In this document: piece after piece, positions 9,150 through 18,186 of the stretch
How the letters are laid out: the number at the start of each line of letters is the position of its first letter
How positions within the stretch are numbered: the stretch's first letter is position 1
Origin: Minisyncoccota bacterium
GTDB taxonomy: Bacteria; Patescibacteriota; Minisyncoccia; Phycocordibacterales; CAJBRS01
NCBI GenBank assembly: GCA_035652395.1
Contig: DASRDX010000009.1
Coordinates: 62,642 to 126,641 of the forward strand
DNA: 64,000 nt
Direction of reading: 5' to 3'
Notes under the pieces: model-generated
What the model saw: only the letters and a program-made list of their open reading frames with translations
What the model was told of the DNA's origin: nothing
The model's database searches: none
Made by a program: the position numbers and the translations under genes

Positions 9150-9716
9150 ATGCTCACCATCATCATTATCGTTCTTGCCATTTTACTCGGCTGGTTCATT
9201 GCCAGTTACAACGGTTTTATCCGACTGACCCAACGAGCTCGAGAAGCTTGGGCAGACATTGATGTTCAGCTCAAGCGCCGTCACGATCTTATTCCCAATT
9301 TGGTTAATACAGTTAAAGGCTACGCTTCTCATGAGGCCGGCGTTTTTGATCAAGTAAGCACTGCGAGAAGTGCCGCCATTAATGCCACTAACACCGGGCT
9401 GGCCGCTCGAGCGGCGGCCGAGGGCGAATTATCAGCCGCCCTCGGCCGCCTCTTTGCCGTCGCCGAAGCCTATCCAGACTTAAAAGCCAACCAGAACTTT
9501 CTGGAACTTCAGCGCGAACTTGAAGACACTGAAAACAAAATTCAGGCCGCTCGACGTTTTTACAATACCAACGTACGCGACCTTTCTATCAAGCTTTCCA
9601 CCTTCCCTTCAAATCTTATTGCCAGCCTCTTTCACTTTAAGGGGATGGATTACTTCCAGCTCGGAGATTCACCGGAAGATAAAGCTGCACGCGAGCCGGT
9701 AGAAGTGAAATTTTAA
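9150..9716 (+). CDS. lemA: LemA family protein
   Basis: N-terminal TM followed by YNGFIRLTQRAREAWADIDVQLKRRHDLIPNLV, a LemA signature. Confidence 0.85.
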   Translation: MLTIIIIVLAILLGWFIASYNGFIRLTQRAREAWADIDVQLKRRHDLIPNLVNTVKGYASHEAGVFDQVSTARSAAINATNTGLAARAAAEGELSAALGRLFAVAEAYPDLKANQNFLELQRELEDTENKIQAARRFYNTNVRDLSIKLSTFPSNLIASLFHFKGMDYFQLGDSPEDKAAREPVEVKF

Positions 9717-9738
9717 TAGGAATATCTCGCCTCAACGA

Positions 9739-10227
9739 ATGGCTTCTGAAGACAAATCTAAAGAGCTTCATCGCATTGCCGTTACCGCCATTATTTATAA
9801 AGACGGCAAATACTTAATCACTAAACGGGCGCCGACAGAAAACGCCTTTCCCAATATGTGGACGGTTCCCGGAGGTGGTCTCTCAACCGATGATTATATG
9901 AGTACTCCAGAAACTCATCCAAACCAGTGGTATTACGCCCTGGAAAAAAGTTTACGAAACGAGATTCGTGAGGAAGTTAATTTGGAAATTGAAAAACCGG
10001 AATATTTACTGGATTTAACCCTGGTCCGGCCGGATAAAACTCCGGTCTTAGTCTTGAGTTTCTTCGCCGCTTATAAATCTGGAGAGGTGAAACTCAATGA
10101 AGACTCCACCGACTTTGCCTGGGTTAGCTTTGAAGAAGCGAAAAAGTACGATCTTATCCCAGGGATTTTGGAGGAAATTGAACTGGCTGACAAACGTCTT
10201 TTTAAACATCCTCTCCCTTCAGAATAA
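9739..10227 (+). CDS. NUDIX hydrolase
   Basis: Nudix box GGGLS...SLRNEIREEVNLEIE (GX5EX7REUXEEXGU pattern). Confidence 0.8.
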   Translation: MASEDKSKELHRIAVTAIIYKDGKYLITKRAPTENAFPNMWTVPGGGLSTDDYMSTPETHPNQWYYALEKSLRNEIREEVNLEIEKPEYLLDLTLVRPDKTPVLVLSFFAAYKSGEVKLNEDSTDFAWVSFEEAKKYDLIPGILEEIELADKRLFKHPLPSE

Positions 10228-10230
10228 AAT

Positions 10231-11166
10231 TTGGAGGAAGGCACCGGACCGAACAATTTTATGGCCTCACTCTACACTCAACAAGATTCAAACATCGCCA
10301 AAACCTGGATTTTAATGATTATCTTTTTGATAGTGCTTCTAGGCATTGGTTATTTCTTCAGCTACTACTATCAAAGTCCAAGTATTTTATATTTCGCTTT
10401 TATTTTTAGCCTGATCATGAATATCGGCAGTTACTGGTTTTCGGACAAGATCGTGCTCGGTATTTCCCGCGCTAAGCAAGTAACTAAGGCTGAAGCCCCC
10501 GATCTTTATAATGTGGTGGAAAACCTTTCAATCACCGCCGGTCTTCCAATGCCGAAAATTTACATTATCAATGATCCGGCGCCGAATGCTTTTGCTACTG
10601 GCCGCAATAAGGATCACGCCGCCGTGGCTGTTACTTCGGGCCTGCTTCAAATGATGAACAAAACGGAACTTGAAGGAGTAATTGCTCATGAGCTTTCGCA
10701 TATTGGCAACCGGGATATTTTGCTTTCTACGGTGGTAGTAGTGCTGGTGGGCTTAATTACTTTGCTGTCTGATTTTTTTCTGCGGCTGTCGTTTTTTGGA
10801 GGCAACCGTAGTCGGGATAGGGAAGGCGGCGGCGCTATTCTGGCACTGATTGGTGTCGTGCTGGCCATTTTAACTCCGATAATTGCCACCTTGCTTCAGT
10901 TAGCCATCTCGCGCCGCCGCGAATCCCTTGCTGACACCAGTGGAGCCTTGCTCACACGCTACCCTGAAGGTTTGGCTTCGGCCTTGGAAAAAATTGCCGC
11001 CTATAAAGTGCCAATGAAGCACGCTAATAATGCCACCGCTCATCTTTATATATCGAATCCTTTTGGACCGGATAGCCGCCGGCTTAGCGGTATCTCCCGC
11101 CTTTTCATGACTCATCCGCCTATTGAAGAAAGAATTGCCGCCCTTCGCCAAAGCGAACAATCTTGA
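10231..11166 (+). CDS. htpX: HtpX-like zinc metalloprotease (peptidase M48)
   Basis: HELSHIGNRD (HExxH) with flanking TM helices. The LemA-HtpX pairing is common. The gene ends with TGA, which shows TGA is a stop codon here. Confidence 0.85.
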   Translation: MEEGTGPNNFMASLYTQQDSNIAKTWILMIIFLIVLLGIGYFFSYYYQSPSILYFAFIFSLIMNIGSYWFSDKIVLGISRAKQVTKAEAPDLYNVVENLSITAGLPMPKIYIINDPAPNAFATGRNKDHAAVAVTSGLLQMMNKTELEGVIAHELSHIGNRDILLSTVVVVLVGLITLLSDFFLRLSFFGGNRSRDREGGGAILALIGVVLAILTPIIATLLQLAISRRRESLADTSGALLTRYPEGLASALEKIAAYKVPMKHANNATAHLYISNPFGPDSRRLSGISRLFMTHPPIEERIAALRQSEQS

Positions 11167-11212
11167 TTTTTATTGAACCACGAAAGGCAAGATGAGATAA
11201 TAAGAGAGGATT

Positions 11213-11443
11213 ATGAGAGAAGACCCTCCAGAACTATCCAGAAAACTTCAAAAAGCTGTTCGAATGATGAAAGAGGACGGCGAGATCGAATCTATTGAAA
11301 TTGAGGGAACGGATATTACCCTTTGGCCAATAGAATCAAAGAGAGCTCAAGAGTTAAGAAATGATTCTCGTTTTCTCTCTAGCTACTATAGTTTTGAAAA
11401 TAAAACCGTTTTGCGAATTGAAGGGAAAACAGAGTTTGACTAA
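11213..11443 (+). CDS. Hypothetical small protein
   Basis: 76-aa ORF with no recognisable motif. Confidence 0.35.
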   Translation: MREDPPELSRKLQKAVRMMKEDGEIESIEIEGTDITLWPIESKRAQELRNDSRFLSSYYSFENKTVLRIEGKTEFD

Positions 11444-11528
11444 CTATCTGTCAGAAGGCAGGTAGTTTTTATATAGACGAATAAATAAAATCGCCGCATC
11501 TTTAGATAATGCGGCGAAAAAGTCAGGA

Positions 11529-11741
11529 TTAAGGTGGCGAGACAAGAACTTGCCGATCGACAAACTTGATTTGAACGTTACAACGACGCTTGAAAACTCG
11601 CTTGACCACTTTTTGAAAGAGAAGATCGGCTTTCTCGTCTTCCAGCTGTATACAAAAAATCTTTCTTACACGGTCAAACCGATTACGTAAGTCTTTGAGT
11701 TCGTTTCCGAAAATGATGTCTTCTGGTTTTGCTGTGTTCAT
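11529..11741 (-). CDS. Hypothetical small protein
   Basis: 70-aa ORF followed on the minus strand by hairpin CGCCGCATTATCTAAAGATGCGGCG plus a T-rich tract. Confidence 0.4.
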   Translation of the reverse strand: MNTAKPEDIIFGNELKDLRNRFDRVRKIFCIQLEDEKADLLFQKVVKRVFKRRCNVQIKFVDRQVLVSPP

Positions 11742-11812
11742 CTACACTCTCATTACCACAGCTATTTAAAATGTCAAGGCTAACCCTGGTTCAATTTTGC
11801 TAAGATATCTTT

Positions 11813-12124
11813 ATGACCACAAAAAATATTGCCGGAGGCACCGTTCATAAATTACCGACGGACTTGCGAAAATCTATTATTTCTTCGCCGAAGGCTCTTT
11901 CTGCTTGGCAATCTCTAACGCCTATTGCTCGAAACGAGTGGATCTGTTGGACCATATCTCCCAAAAAGTCAGAAACCCGGGAGGAGCATGTTCGACGAGT
12001 TCGTTCCGAGCTTATCGAAGGCATGCGCCGCCCTTGTTGCTGGCTCGGCTGTATTCACCGCAAAGATAAAAAAATTAGCCGATCAGTACAGTGGGTACTT
12101 GATAAGAAAAAGAAGGGGAGGTAA
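11813..12124 (+). CDS. YdeI/OmpD-associated (OmdA-like) family protein
   Basis: LPTDLRKSI...ALSAWQSLTPIARNEWICWTISPKKSETREEHVRRV matches the OmdA domain pattern (P-DL..AL....F..L....R..Y..WI..AK..ETR..RI). Confidence 0.65.
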   Translation: MTTKNIAGGTVHKLPTDLRKSIISSPKALSAWQSLTPIARNEWICWTISPKKSETREEHVRRVRSELIEGMRRPCCWLGCIHRKDKKISRSVQWVLDKKKKGR

Positions 12125-12305
12125 TTTGTTTAAAAATCCGAGGGGATTCGCCCGCGAGTAAATTTTTGCTACCCGCAAAAATTTCTCTGGGCACCGGCTC
12201 GCGGCCTCGCGTGCTCGCTCGGCATCCGCTCCGCCATTCGAATCCCTCCCTCTCAGAGTCAGACGCCTTGCCGCAGAGTGATGCAGATCACTCTTTGCAA
12301 GTCGT

Positions 12306-12394
12306 TGCGGAGAGGGAGGGATTCGAACCCTCGGTACCCTTACGAGCACACAGACTTTCCAGGTCTGCCCATTCAACCACTCTGGCACCTCTCC
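12306..12394 (-). tRNA. tRNA-Ser (anticodon GGA), type II with long variable arm
   Basis: The reverse complement reads GGAGAGGTGCCAGAGTGGTTGAATGGGCAGACCTGGAAAGTCTG...GGTTCGAATCCCTCCCTCTCCG. Anticodon stem CAGAC/GTCTG, loop CTGGAAA. Confidence 0.85.
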
Positions 12395-12492
12395 AATTAA
12401 GAATTCACTAACTTAAGCTATTTTGACACTAAATTCAACAGATTGAAAATATTTTCTCTTCATGTCAGTATCAAATCAGACAGAAAGACAAA

Positions 12493-13614
12493 ATGTATCT
12501 ATTCAATCTCGGAGCGAACCTTTACATTCTGGTTCTGACAGGCGGCCCTTGCGGTGGTAAAACCTCAGGTTTGCCCTACATCATTTCTAAACTCTCGGCT
12601 CGCGGCTATAAAGTGCTAGTGGTCTCTGAAGTGGCCACCAAATTCTTTTCTAGCGGCGTCGGTATTGGCGAACACGATCTCACTAGTTTGGAATTTCAGG
12701 AAGCAGTCCTTCGAAATATTCTTTCCGAAGAAGCGGCTGTTATTGAAATAGCTAAAATCTATCGAGATAGAGGTCAGAAAGTGGTAGTTCTCTGTGACCG
12801 AGGCACGATGGACGGAGAGGCTTATATCGGAGCCGAAGCTTATCAAAAACTCATCCTGAAAATCGGGGAAACTCCGCGGAATCTTTGCGAAGGACGCTAT
12901 CACGGCGTTTTTCATCTTCGCACGGCGGCCGATGGCGCGGAGGAGTTCTATACTTGCGAGAACAATGAAACTCGTCGCGAAAACGTCGATGAAGCTCGCA
13001 TATTGGACATGAAAACTCTCAATGCTTGGAGCCGCCATTTTCGGCCGCGAGTAATCGATAACAGTACTGATTTTCAGGGCAAAATGAAAAGGCTGCTTCA
13101 GGAAATCTGCTGTTGTATTGGTGAGCCAGTCCCTTCGGGAGTGGAGAAGAAGTTTCTGATTAAGAATTTTGATCAGAATCTTCTAAAAAAGCTGAATGTG
13201 CCACTCCACCGAACGGAGATTACTCAGACCTATCTTCTCTCTGACCTGCCGGAAAATTCCAGACGGGTTAGAAAACGCGGTACAGCGGAAGAAGGTTTTC
13301 TCTACTTCTTTACTTTGAAGAAAGAAGAACCCGATGCCAGCCGCTTGAGTCATGAGAGGATAATTGACCGGAGAGAGTACGAAACCCTGTTGGAATTTAG
13401 CGATTTCTCTCGAAGAGTCATTCGAAAAACTCGAAACTGCTTCTTCTGGCGCAATCAGTTCTTTGAACTTGATTTGTTCTCAGACGGTCTCGTCATTCTT
13501 GAGGTCGAGCTGACTGAAGAGAAGGAGGAGATGGAGCTGCCGCCACTCGGAGTCTTGGAAGATGTCACGCATAATCCAAGATATCGGAATAGTCAGCTGG
13601 CCAGAAAAGTTTAG
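12493..13614 (+). CDS. P-loop NTPase (AAA_28/NadR-kinase-like) fused to a C-terminal CYTH (triphosphate tunnel) domain
   Basis: Walker A LVLTGGPCGGKTSG followed by CDRGTMDGEAY. The C-terminal region VEKKFLIK...ILEVELTEEKEEMELPP...EDVTHNPRYRNSQLA resembles the CYTH EVE/ExE...RY.N..LA pattern. Confidence 0.6.
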   Translation: MYLFNLGANLYILVLTGGPCGGKTSGLPYIISKLSARGYKVLVVSEVATKFFSSGVGIGEHDLTSLEFQEAVLRNILSEEAAVIEIAKIYRDRGQKVVVLCDRGTMDGEAYIGAEAYQKLILKIGETPRNLCEGRYHGVFHLRTAADGAEEFYTCENNETRRENVDEARILDMKTLNAWSRHFRPRVIDNSTDFQGKMKRLLQEICCCIGEPVPSGVEKKFLIKNFDQNLLKKLNVPLHRTEITQTYLLSDLPENSRRVRKRGTAEEGFLYFFTLKKEEPDASRLSHERIIDRREYETLLEFSDFSRRVIRKTRNCFFWRNQFFELDLFSDGLVILEVELTEEKEEMELPPLGVLEDVTHNPRYRNSQLARKV

Positions 13615-13621
13615 AGAGCCG

Positions 13622-13652
13622 GGCGCCCTTTCAGGCGGCGCCCGGCCTTTTA
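13622..13652 (+). terminator. Intrinsic terminator
   Basis: GCCGGGCGCCCTTTCAGGCGGCGCCCGGC hairpin followed by CTTTTAATTTT. Confidence 0.7.
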
Positions 13653-13700
13653 ATTTTAGTATTGCAATCTCGGCCGCAGACGTTAAAATATCAGCGGAAA

Positions 13701-13960
13701 TGAAAGACGACGACCAAGCTAAAGAACTTTATGAGCGAACCCGCCAAAATTTGGCAGAGCTTCTTAACACCCGAGGAATTACTACTCTCGAGCAGCTAGC
13801 TCCATATAGGGAATCGGAACCAGCCACTTACAATAAAATTATTCAACTTTTCGGCCAAGTAACCGCTTGTCAAAGGCTTTTGCAAATGGACGAAGCCGAG
13901 AAGAGAGAGTCAATTAAAAAATCCGGTATCCCTATCGGACTGCTAATGGCCGCATCGTAG
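13701..13960 (+). CDS. Hypothetical small protein
   Basis: 86-aa ORF (MKDDDQAKELYERTRQ...) downstream of a terminator and followed by the GCCGCATCGTAGATGCGGC+T hairpin. Confidence 0.4.
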
Positions 13961-14000
13961 ATGCGGCATTTTATTTAAATAAAATGAGCGTCGACGACGC

Positions 14001-14561
14001 TCAGGGAATTCTGATAAAAACCGGTCCAATGCGAAACTTTTCTTTTGGCAATGGTTCGGAATGGAAGTCTTCCTTTTTAGTGAGCCAATAAATACCATTG
14101 GGTTCGAGGATGTACTCGCCAGATTTTTCCGGTTTGAAGAAGACTGTCAAACAGAAGGTGATCTCTTCTCCTGCCCGAATTTTCATCAGACCACTTTCAG
14201 AATTTGGAGAAGTGATGTTCCACGCGCTTTCCGCCTCGCCCGTTTCAATTAATTTCCCCTTGGGATCTCGTATGGAGTACGAAAGACCTTTCAAGCTCGA
14301 CTGAAGAAGCCCCGCTGATCTTGTAGCTCCTACCGGTACCCAGACATCTTCCGGCATCGGTCCGAGTTGATAATTTAAGGTAAAGATAACTGCTTCGAAA
14401 TTACTGTCTACTACTTTCCCGGTCCGGTTCCAAATCCAGCTCATTAGTTTGATTGGAAGAGGTTCTGATACCGAAGCCGTGGACAAGGGTGTAGGAGAAG
14501 GGAAAATCAAAGGGCTGGCTAAGAAGAGGGCCAAAGCAATCTGCAGATTGAGTTTGTTCAT
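14001..14561 (-). CDS. Hypothetical secreted protein (N-terminal signal peptide)
   Basis: MNKLNLQIALALFLASPLIFPS signal-like N-terminus. A bidirectional terminator hairpin GAGCGTCGACGACGCTC lies at 13986-14003. Confidence 0.5.
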   Translation of the reverse strand: MNKLNLQIALALFLASPLIFPSPTPLSTASVSEPLPIKLMSWIWNRTGKVVDSNFEAVIFTLNYQLGPMPEDVWVPVGATRSAGLLQSSLKGLSYSIRDPKGKLIETGEAESAWNITSPNSESGLMKIRAGEEITFCLTVFFKPEKSGEYILEPNGIYWLTKKEDFHSEPLPKEKFRIGPVFIRIP

Positions 14562-14617
14562 TTCTAATTCTATGTAACCACCTTTTAAAAGGAAGTCAAA
14601 TACGAGATAATCAGATC

Positions 14618-15214
14618 ATGAACATTCGAGAGCTTTTCAAGATCCTCTTGCCGCAAACCCACCTCAATCGGAGTCTTCGCATTTTGATAATTGTTAACAC
14701 TTTCATGGTTTTTGTTATTGGTCTATTTGCGCCGTTTTACGCCATTTTTGTGGTGGGGCTAGGGGGCAATATTGCTTTCGCTGGCTTTTCTTGGGCCTTG
14801 TTTTCAATAGTTTGTGGTATTTTGATTTTGCTTTTTACGCGATGGGAGCTCCAGATTAAGGAACAAGAATTGCTTCTTGCGCTCGGCTATCTTTTAAGAG
14901 GATTGGTTTTTCTTAGTTACGCTTTCATGGGAAGCATGTTTCAACTGATCATTACCCAAGTGCTTTGGGGAATAGCAGCCGCTATCGGCACTCCAGCTTT
15001 TGATGCCGTTTATCAAACTCACACTACCCAAGCCGAATCGATCGTACAGTGGGGCGGTTGGGAAGGCATTGCCGCCATAGCTACCGGTTTAGCCGCTTTG
15101 ATTGGAGGCATTCTTATTCAATCTTTCGGATATGCCTCCATCTTTTTATCAATGTCCATCATTTCTTTTGCTCTTGGAATTTATATTTGGCGCTTACCGA
15201 GGGAAATACTGTAG
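14618..15214 (+). CDS. Membrane protein, half-size MFS-like (about 6 TM helices)
   Basis: 198 aa, hydrophobic with MFS-like loop LPQTHLNRSLR, but only half the usual transporter length. Confidence 0.45.
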   Translation: MNIRELFKILLPQTHLNRSLRILIIVNTFMVFVIGLFAPFYAIFVVGLGGNIAFAGFSWALFSIVCGILILLFTRWELQIKEQELLLALGYLLRGLVFLSYAFMGSMFQLIITQVLWGIAAAIGTPAFDAVYQTHTTQAESIVQWGGWEGIAAIATGLAALIGGILIQSFGYASIFLSMSIISFALGIYIWRLPREIL

Positions 15215-15263
15215 AAGTCTTAATATTGACAGAATTCCCGCTTTGGCAGAATATCAGCACTAG

Positions 15264-15920
15264 ATGAACCTTAAACAGGAATCCTTTTTGCTTCGAAAAG
15301 TTAAGACGGATGAAGAGGGGAAAGAAGGCATTCTGAAACTCTCTTGGTTAACTAATGCGGTCCGACGAACGGTCATTGTAGAGATGGGAGAAATGACGGG
15401 CTGTGGATCCATTATTAATCGTTCTGTTATTATCTCGGGTCTTTTCGGCGATCAAATTAAAAGTGCCGTTTCCTTCCAACTTTATCTTCGGCCTATTGTT
15501 TCCCAGTTCTATCCCGAAGAGGTTAGTTCGCCGGTAGAAGTGAACTGGGGTTTTGACGAAAATCTAAAGCTTTGTCTGGTCGTCCCCGGACACCGTCCAA
15601 TCGCTCCAAGTTTTTTGGAATGTCGTCCTGATGTTGGCGAGTATCTGCTTTTGGTTAGCGGTTGCAGAGAGCCTTTGGTGCTCGAACTCTCCGAAATTAT
15701 CAAAAGTTCTTACTCCAGTTTCGCTAAAAAACTTTCATTGATGCACATAGATGTAGAATCGGGAATCCCAGCAAGCCTTCTTTATCGTATGAATGGTGAC
15801 GTAGCGGGCATAGCCATTACCTCCACCAGTGATGATAAAGTTCTGGCCATACCGGCTTATGAGGTCCTGAATTTTTATCATCACCATGCCGGTTTCTTGC
15901 GAGAAACTAAAACGGTTTGA
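15264..15920 (+). CDS. Hypothetical protein, possibly a degenerate trypsin-like fold
   Basis: Segments GCGSIINRSVIISGLF and RMNGDVAGIAITSTSDDKVLAIPAYEV resemble the positions of S1 protease motifs (GSGFVI..., GNSGGP...GINT...FAIP) but lack catalytic His and Ser. This is weak. Confidence 0.45.
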   Translation: MNLKQESFLLRKVKTDEEGKEGILKLSWLTNAVRRTVIVEMGEMTGCGSIINRSVIISGLFGDQIKSAVSFQLYLRPIVSQFYPEEVSSPVEVNWGFDENLKLCLVVPGHRPIAPSFLECRPDVGEYLLLVSGCREPLVLELSEIIKSSYSSFAKKLSLMHIDVESGIPASLLYRMNGDVAGIAITSTSDDKVLAIPAYEVLNFYHHHAGFLRETKTV

Positions 15921-16006
15921 TTCTTGGCGGCGCTTTTAAAAGATTGCGCCGCTTTTTATTTATATTTGCTAAATTCTTGATCTCTATTAATATCGACAGA
16001 AGGTCT

Positions 16007-16279
16007 ATGATCCGTCTTGAAGATCTTTCTTTTGAAGAAAAGCAATGTTTAGCTTACCTTGCTTACGTTAGAACCCATGGTCACCAAATGCTTCGAAATG
16101 TTTTTTACAAATCCAGCGATGAAAAAATCATTCTTCGCATTGATTTGGAACTTGATGTTTCCTCGCGTTTACTTTCCATACCCGAGTGGGTTAGACAAAA
16201 TTTGCCTGACCCAAAGGAGCACTGGGTCAAAGAATACCTACTTAACCGCTTTGCTCCCGATTCTCCAGCGGCGCCTTAA
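16007..16279 (+). CDS. Hypothetical small protein (the six-frame ORF starts at 15917; the internal ATG 16007 is preceded by GAAGG)
   Basis: ORF with a plausible RBS/ATG at 16007 and a terminator hairpin AGCGTTCGCCGTAGGCGAACGCT at 16306-16328. Confidence 0.35.
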   Translation: MIRLEDLSFEEKQCLAYLAYVRTHGHQMLRNVFYKSSDEKIILRIDLELDVSSRLLSIPEWVRQNLPDPKEHWVKEYLLNRFAPDSPAAP

Positions 16280-16331
16280 ATCCGGCGCCGTCTTTTATTT
16301 AAAAAGCGTTCGCCGTAGGCGAACGCTGAAA

Positions 16332-16928
16332 TCAATCTCCACCGAGGCGGAGCCGGCGATTGATGGTATAACCTCCCACCTCCAAGGCGTCAAGATTATA
16401 ACCAGATTCTTTATCACAATCGTCTCGCAGAATCGGTTTTGCTGTTTCGTAAGGAGTATGAAGCCAGATTTTATGTTTACGACTCAATTCTTCCAGCTCC
16501 TCGGCGAATTTCTTTGCTCGATTTAAGAAACTGTTTTCGGGCCAACATAATTCTGGCCACGCGAGTTCAGCTATTTCTGTTGCGGAGGCAAGGTTAAACT
16601 CAAGAAGCTCATTTTCCGTCAGCTTGGGCAGCCGCAGTAAATCTTCCTCTTTTATTTTTCTTAAAACCGGTTCTTGAATATTGAACGGTGTTCCGATTTC
16701 GGATCCACTTACCCAGCCGCGGGCGTCAAAATAAGAGACGGCACCTTCCGGCTGAAGTAATGCATGCCGAATAACTTCATTTACCATTAGGCCAACAATT
16801 GGCCAGCCCAAAGCTCGGTGAAGGGCGATGGCAAAGATGTAACACGCGCCGTCGAGATAAGCTGTCAAGATACGCTGATGAGTTCTCTCCTTCTCTCTGC
16901 CTGTCAAAGGTTGAAACTGAATAGACAT
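16332..16928 (-). CDS. Hypothetical protein
   Basis: 198-aa ORF convergent with the previous gene, sharing a bidirectional terminator. No motif recognised. Confidence 0.5.
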   Translation of the reverse strand: MSIQFQPLTGREKERTHQRILTAYLDGACYIFAIALHRALGWPIVGLMVNEVIRHALLQPEGAVSYFDARGWVSGSEIGTPFNIQEPVLRKIKEEDLLRLPKLTENELLEFNLASATEIAELAWPELCWPENSFLNRAKKFAEELEELSRKHKIWLHTPYETAKPILRDDCDKESGYNLDALEVGGYTINRRLRLGGD

Positions 16929-17032
16929 ATAGATCTTTCTAAAATTAAATTAGCTTTAAATTAGGAAAAGTCAATCCTGGATTTGATATTGAAAAATCCT
17001 CCAATAAATGCCAATCTTAATTCAGAAAACAA

Positions 17033-17458
17033 ATGAACCTTACGAATATTCTGGAAAAACCTCACGCTATTGGTGAGCGCTGTAAAGGCTGCGAGGAAGC
17101 CGATTATCGACATCCCACCGCGACCTGTTCGGACTTTCAATCTAAGATGTTGGCCATTGTCAGAGAAGCGGATCAACATCTTCAATTTGAAGTGGCTGTT
17201 CTCAATTACATCTCAGAAAACCTCGAAACTTTTTCTGAAGCCGAGATTTCTCCAAAGGGCCTGTTGGCTCACTTCAATTTTAAAATCCCTCTTACGCAAG
17301 AGTTCAGCTTAATTGAATACGGGAAAGAGATCCGGGAATGGGTAAAAACGCGACTGCCCACAAAATCCAGCAGCACTCTCGGTAAGTTCTTAATAAAGAA
17401 GGGTCTCATCCAGCCTCACGAGCTTTACTTCAACATTCATCCACCGCATAGCGCTTAG
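17033..17458 (+). CDS. Hypothetical protein (CxxC...C near N-terminus)
   Basis: 141-aa ORF containing CKGCEEADYRHPTATC. Confidence 0.4.
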   Translation: MNLTNILEKPHAIGERCKGCEEADYRHPTATCSDFQSKMLAIVREADQHLQFEVAVLNYISENLETFSEAEISPKGLLAHFNFKIPLTQEFSLIEYGKEIREWVKTRLPTKSSSTLGKFLIKKGLIQPHELYFNIHPPHSA

Positions 17459-17626
17459 CCTTCGTTCCGAAACTCTATAGTTGAAGAGGTGAAGGTCAGA
17501 GAGATCAGTCGTGCTCGTCGGCGGCAAAAGCGCCTAATCCTTCGAAGTCGCAAACCAAGAGCCGCTGTGCAGGTGTCACCTTCACAGCGATTTTTATTAA
17601 ATCAGAAGACTTGTTAGAATTAATAT

Positions 17627-18130
17627 ATGGCCGAGGAAGAGCAATATTTAAAGGAATTTACTAAACCAGCGGAAGAGCTGACTGAGACAGATCTTTTTAA
17701 TAAAAGATTTGTGGAAGCAGCTGATCATCTTTATATTGCTAGACCGAGAGTAGATACATTTCAGGAGTTTGAGCAGGGCATTGTGAATCTCAATAATCTG
17801 ATTGAGAAATATGAAAATGAACTCTTGCCTCAGATTCAGAAAGTAAAGAATCCCATAATCAGCGACCATTTTTTACAATCTCTAGTGGACGCCGATAGTT
17901 TCTTGCAGATCCTTCTGGCGGAAGCCATGATTCCACTAGAGACTCTGGATAGACTTGATGAAGAAGATTTGAAATCTTTAAGAAATCTCCATGATTATGT
18001 TTCAAATAGAATAATTCCTCGGGCTCGGGCGGAAACTATTAATACGTTAGCCGAGAACACTCGAGCACTTTTAGATAAGATAGAATTAGCATTAGCTCTG
18101 GAAGAGGGTAGTCCTGAGGTGAAAGAATAG
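17627..18130 (+). CDS. Hypothetical acidic protein
   Basis: 167-aa ORF rich in Glu/Asp/Leu. Confidence 0.45.
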   Translation: MAEEEQYLKEFTKPAEELTETDLFNKRFVEAADHLYIARPRVDTFQEFEQGIVNLNNLIEKYENELLPQIQKVKNPIISDHFLQSLVDADSFLQILLAEAMIPLETLDRLDEEDLKSLRNLHDYVSNRIIPRARAETINTLAENTRALLDKIELALALEEGSPEVKE

Positions 18131-18186
18131 AATGCAGCGAAGCTGCCGTTTTAAAGTTTCTTGACAACTTGCTCCTTTGAAGTAAG

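Noticed and set aside
12083-12411. ORFs 12083-12388(-) and 12166-12411(+)
   Set aside because: They overlap tRNA-Ser(GGA) and its inverted 3'-end copy. There are no protein motifs, and the inverted repeat produces the ORFs as an artefact.
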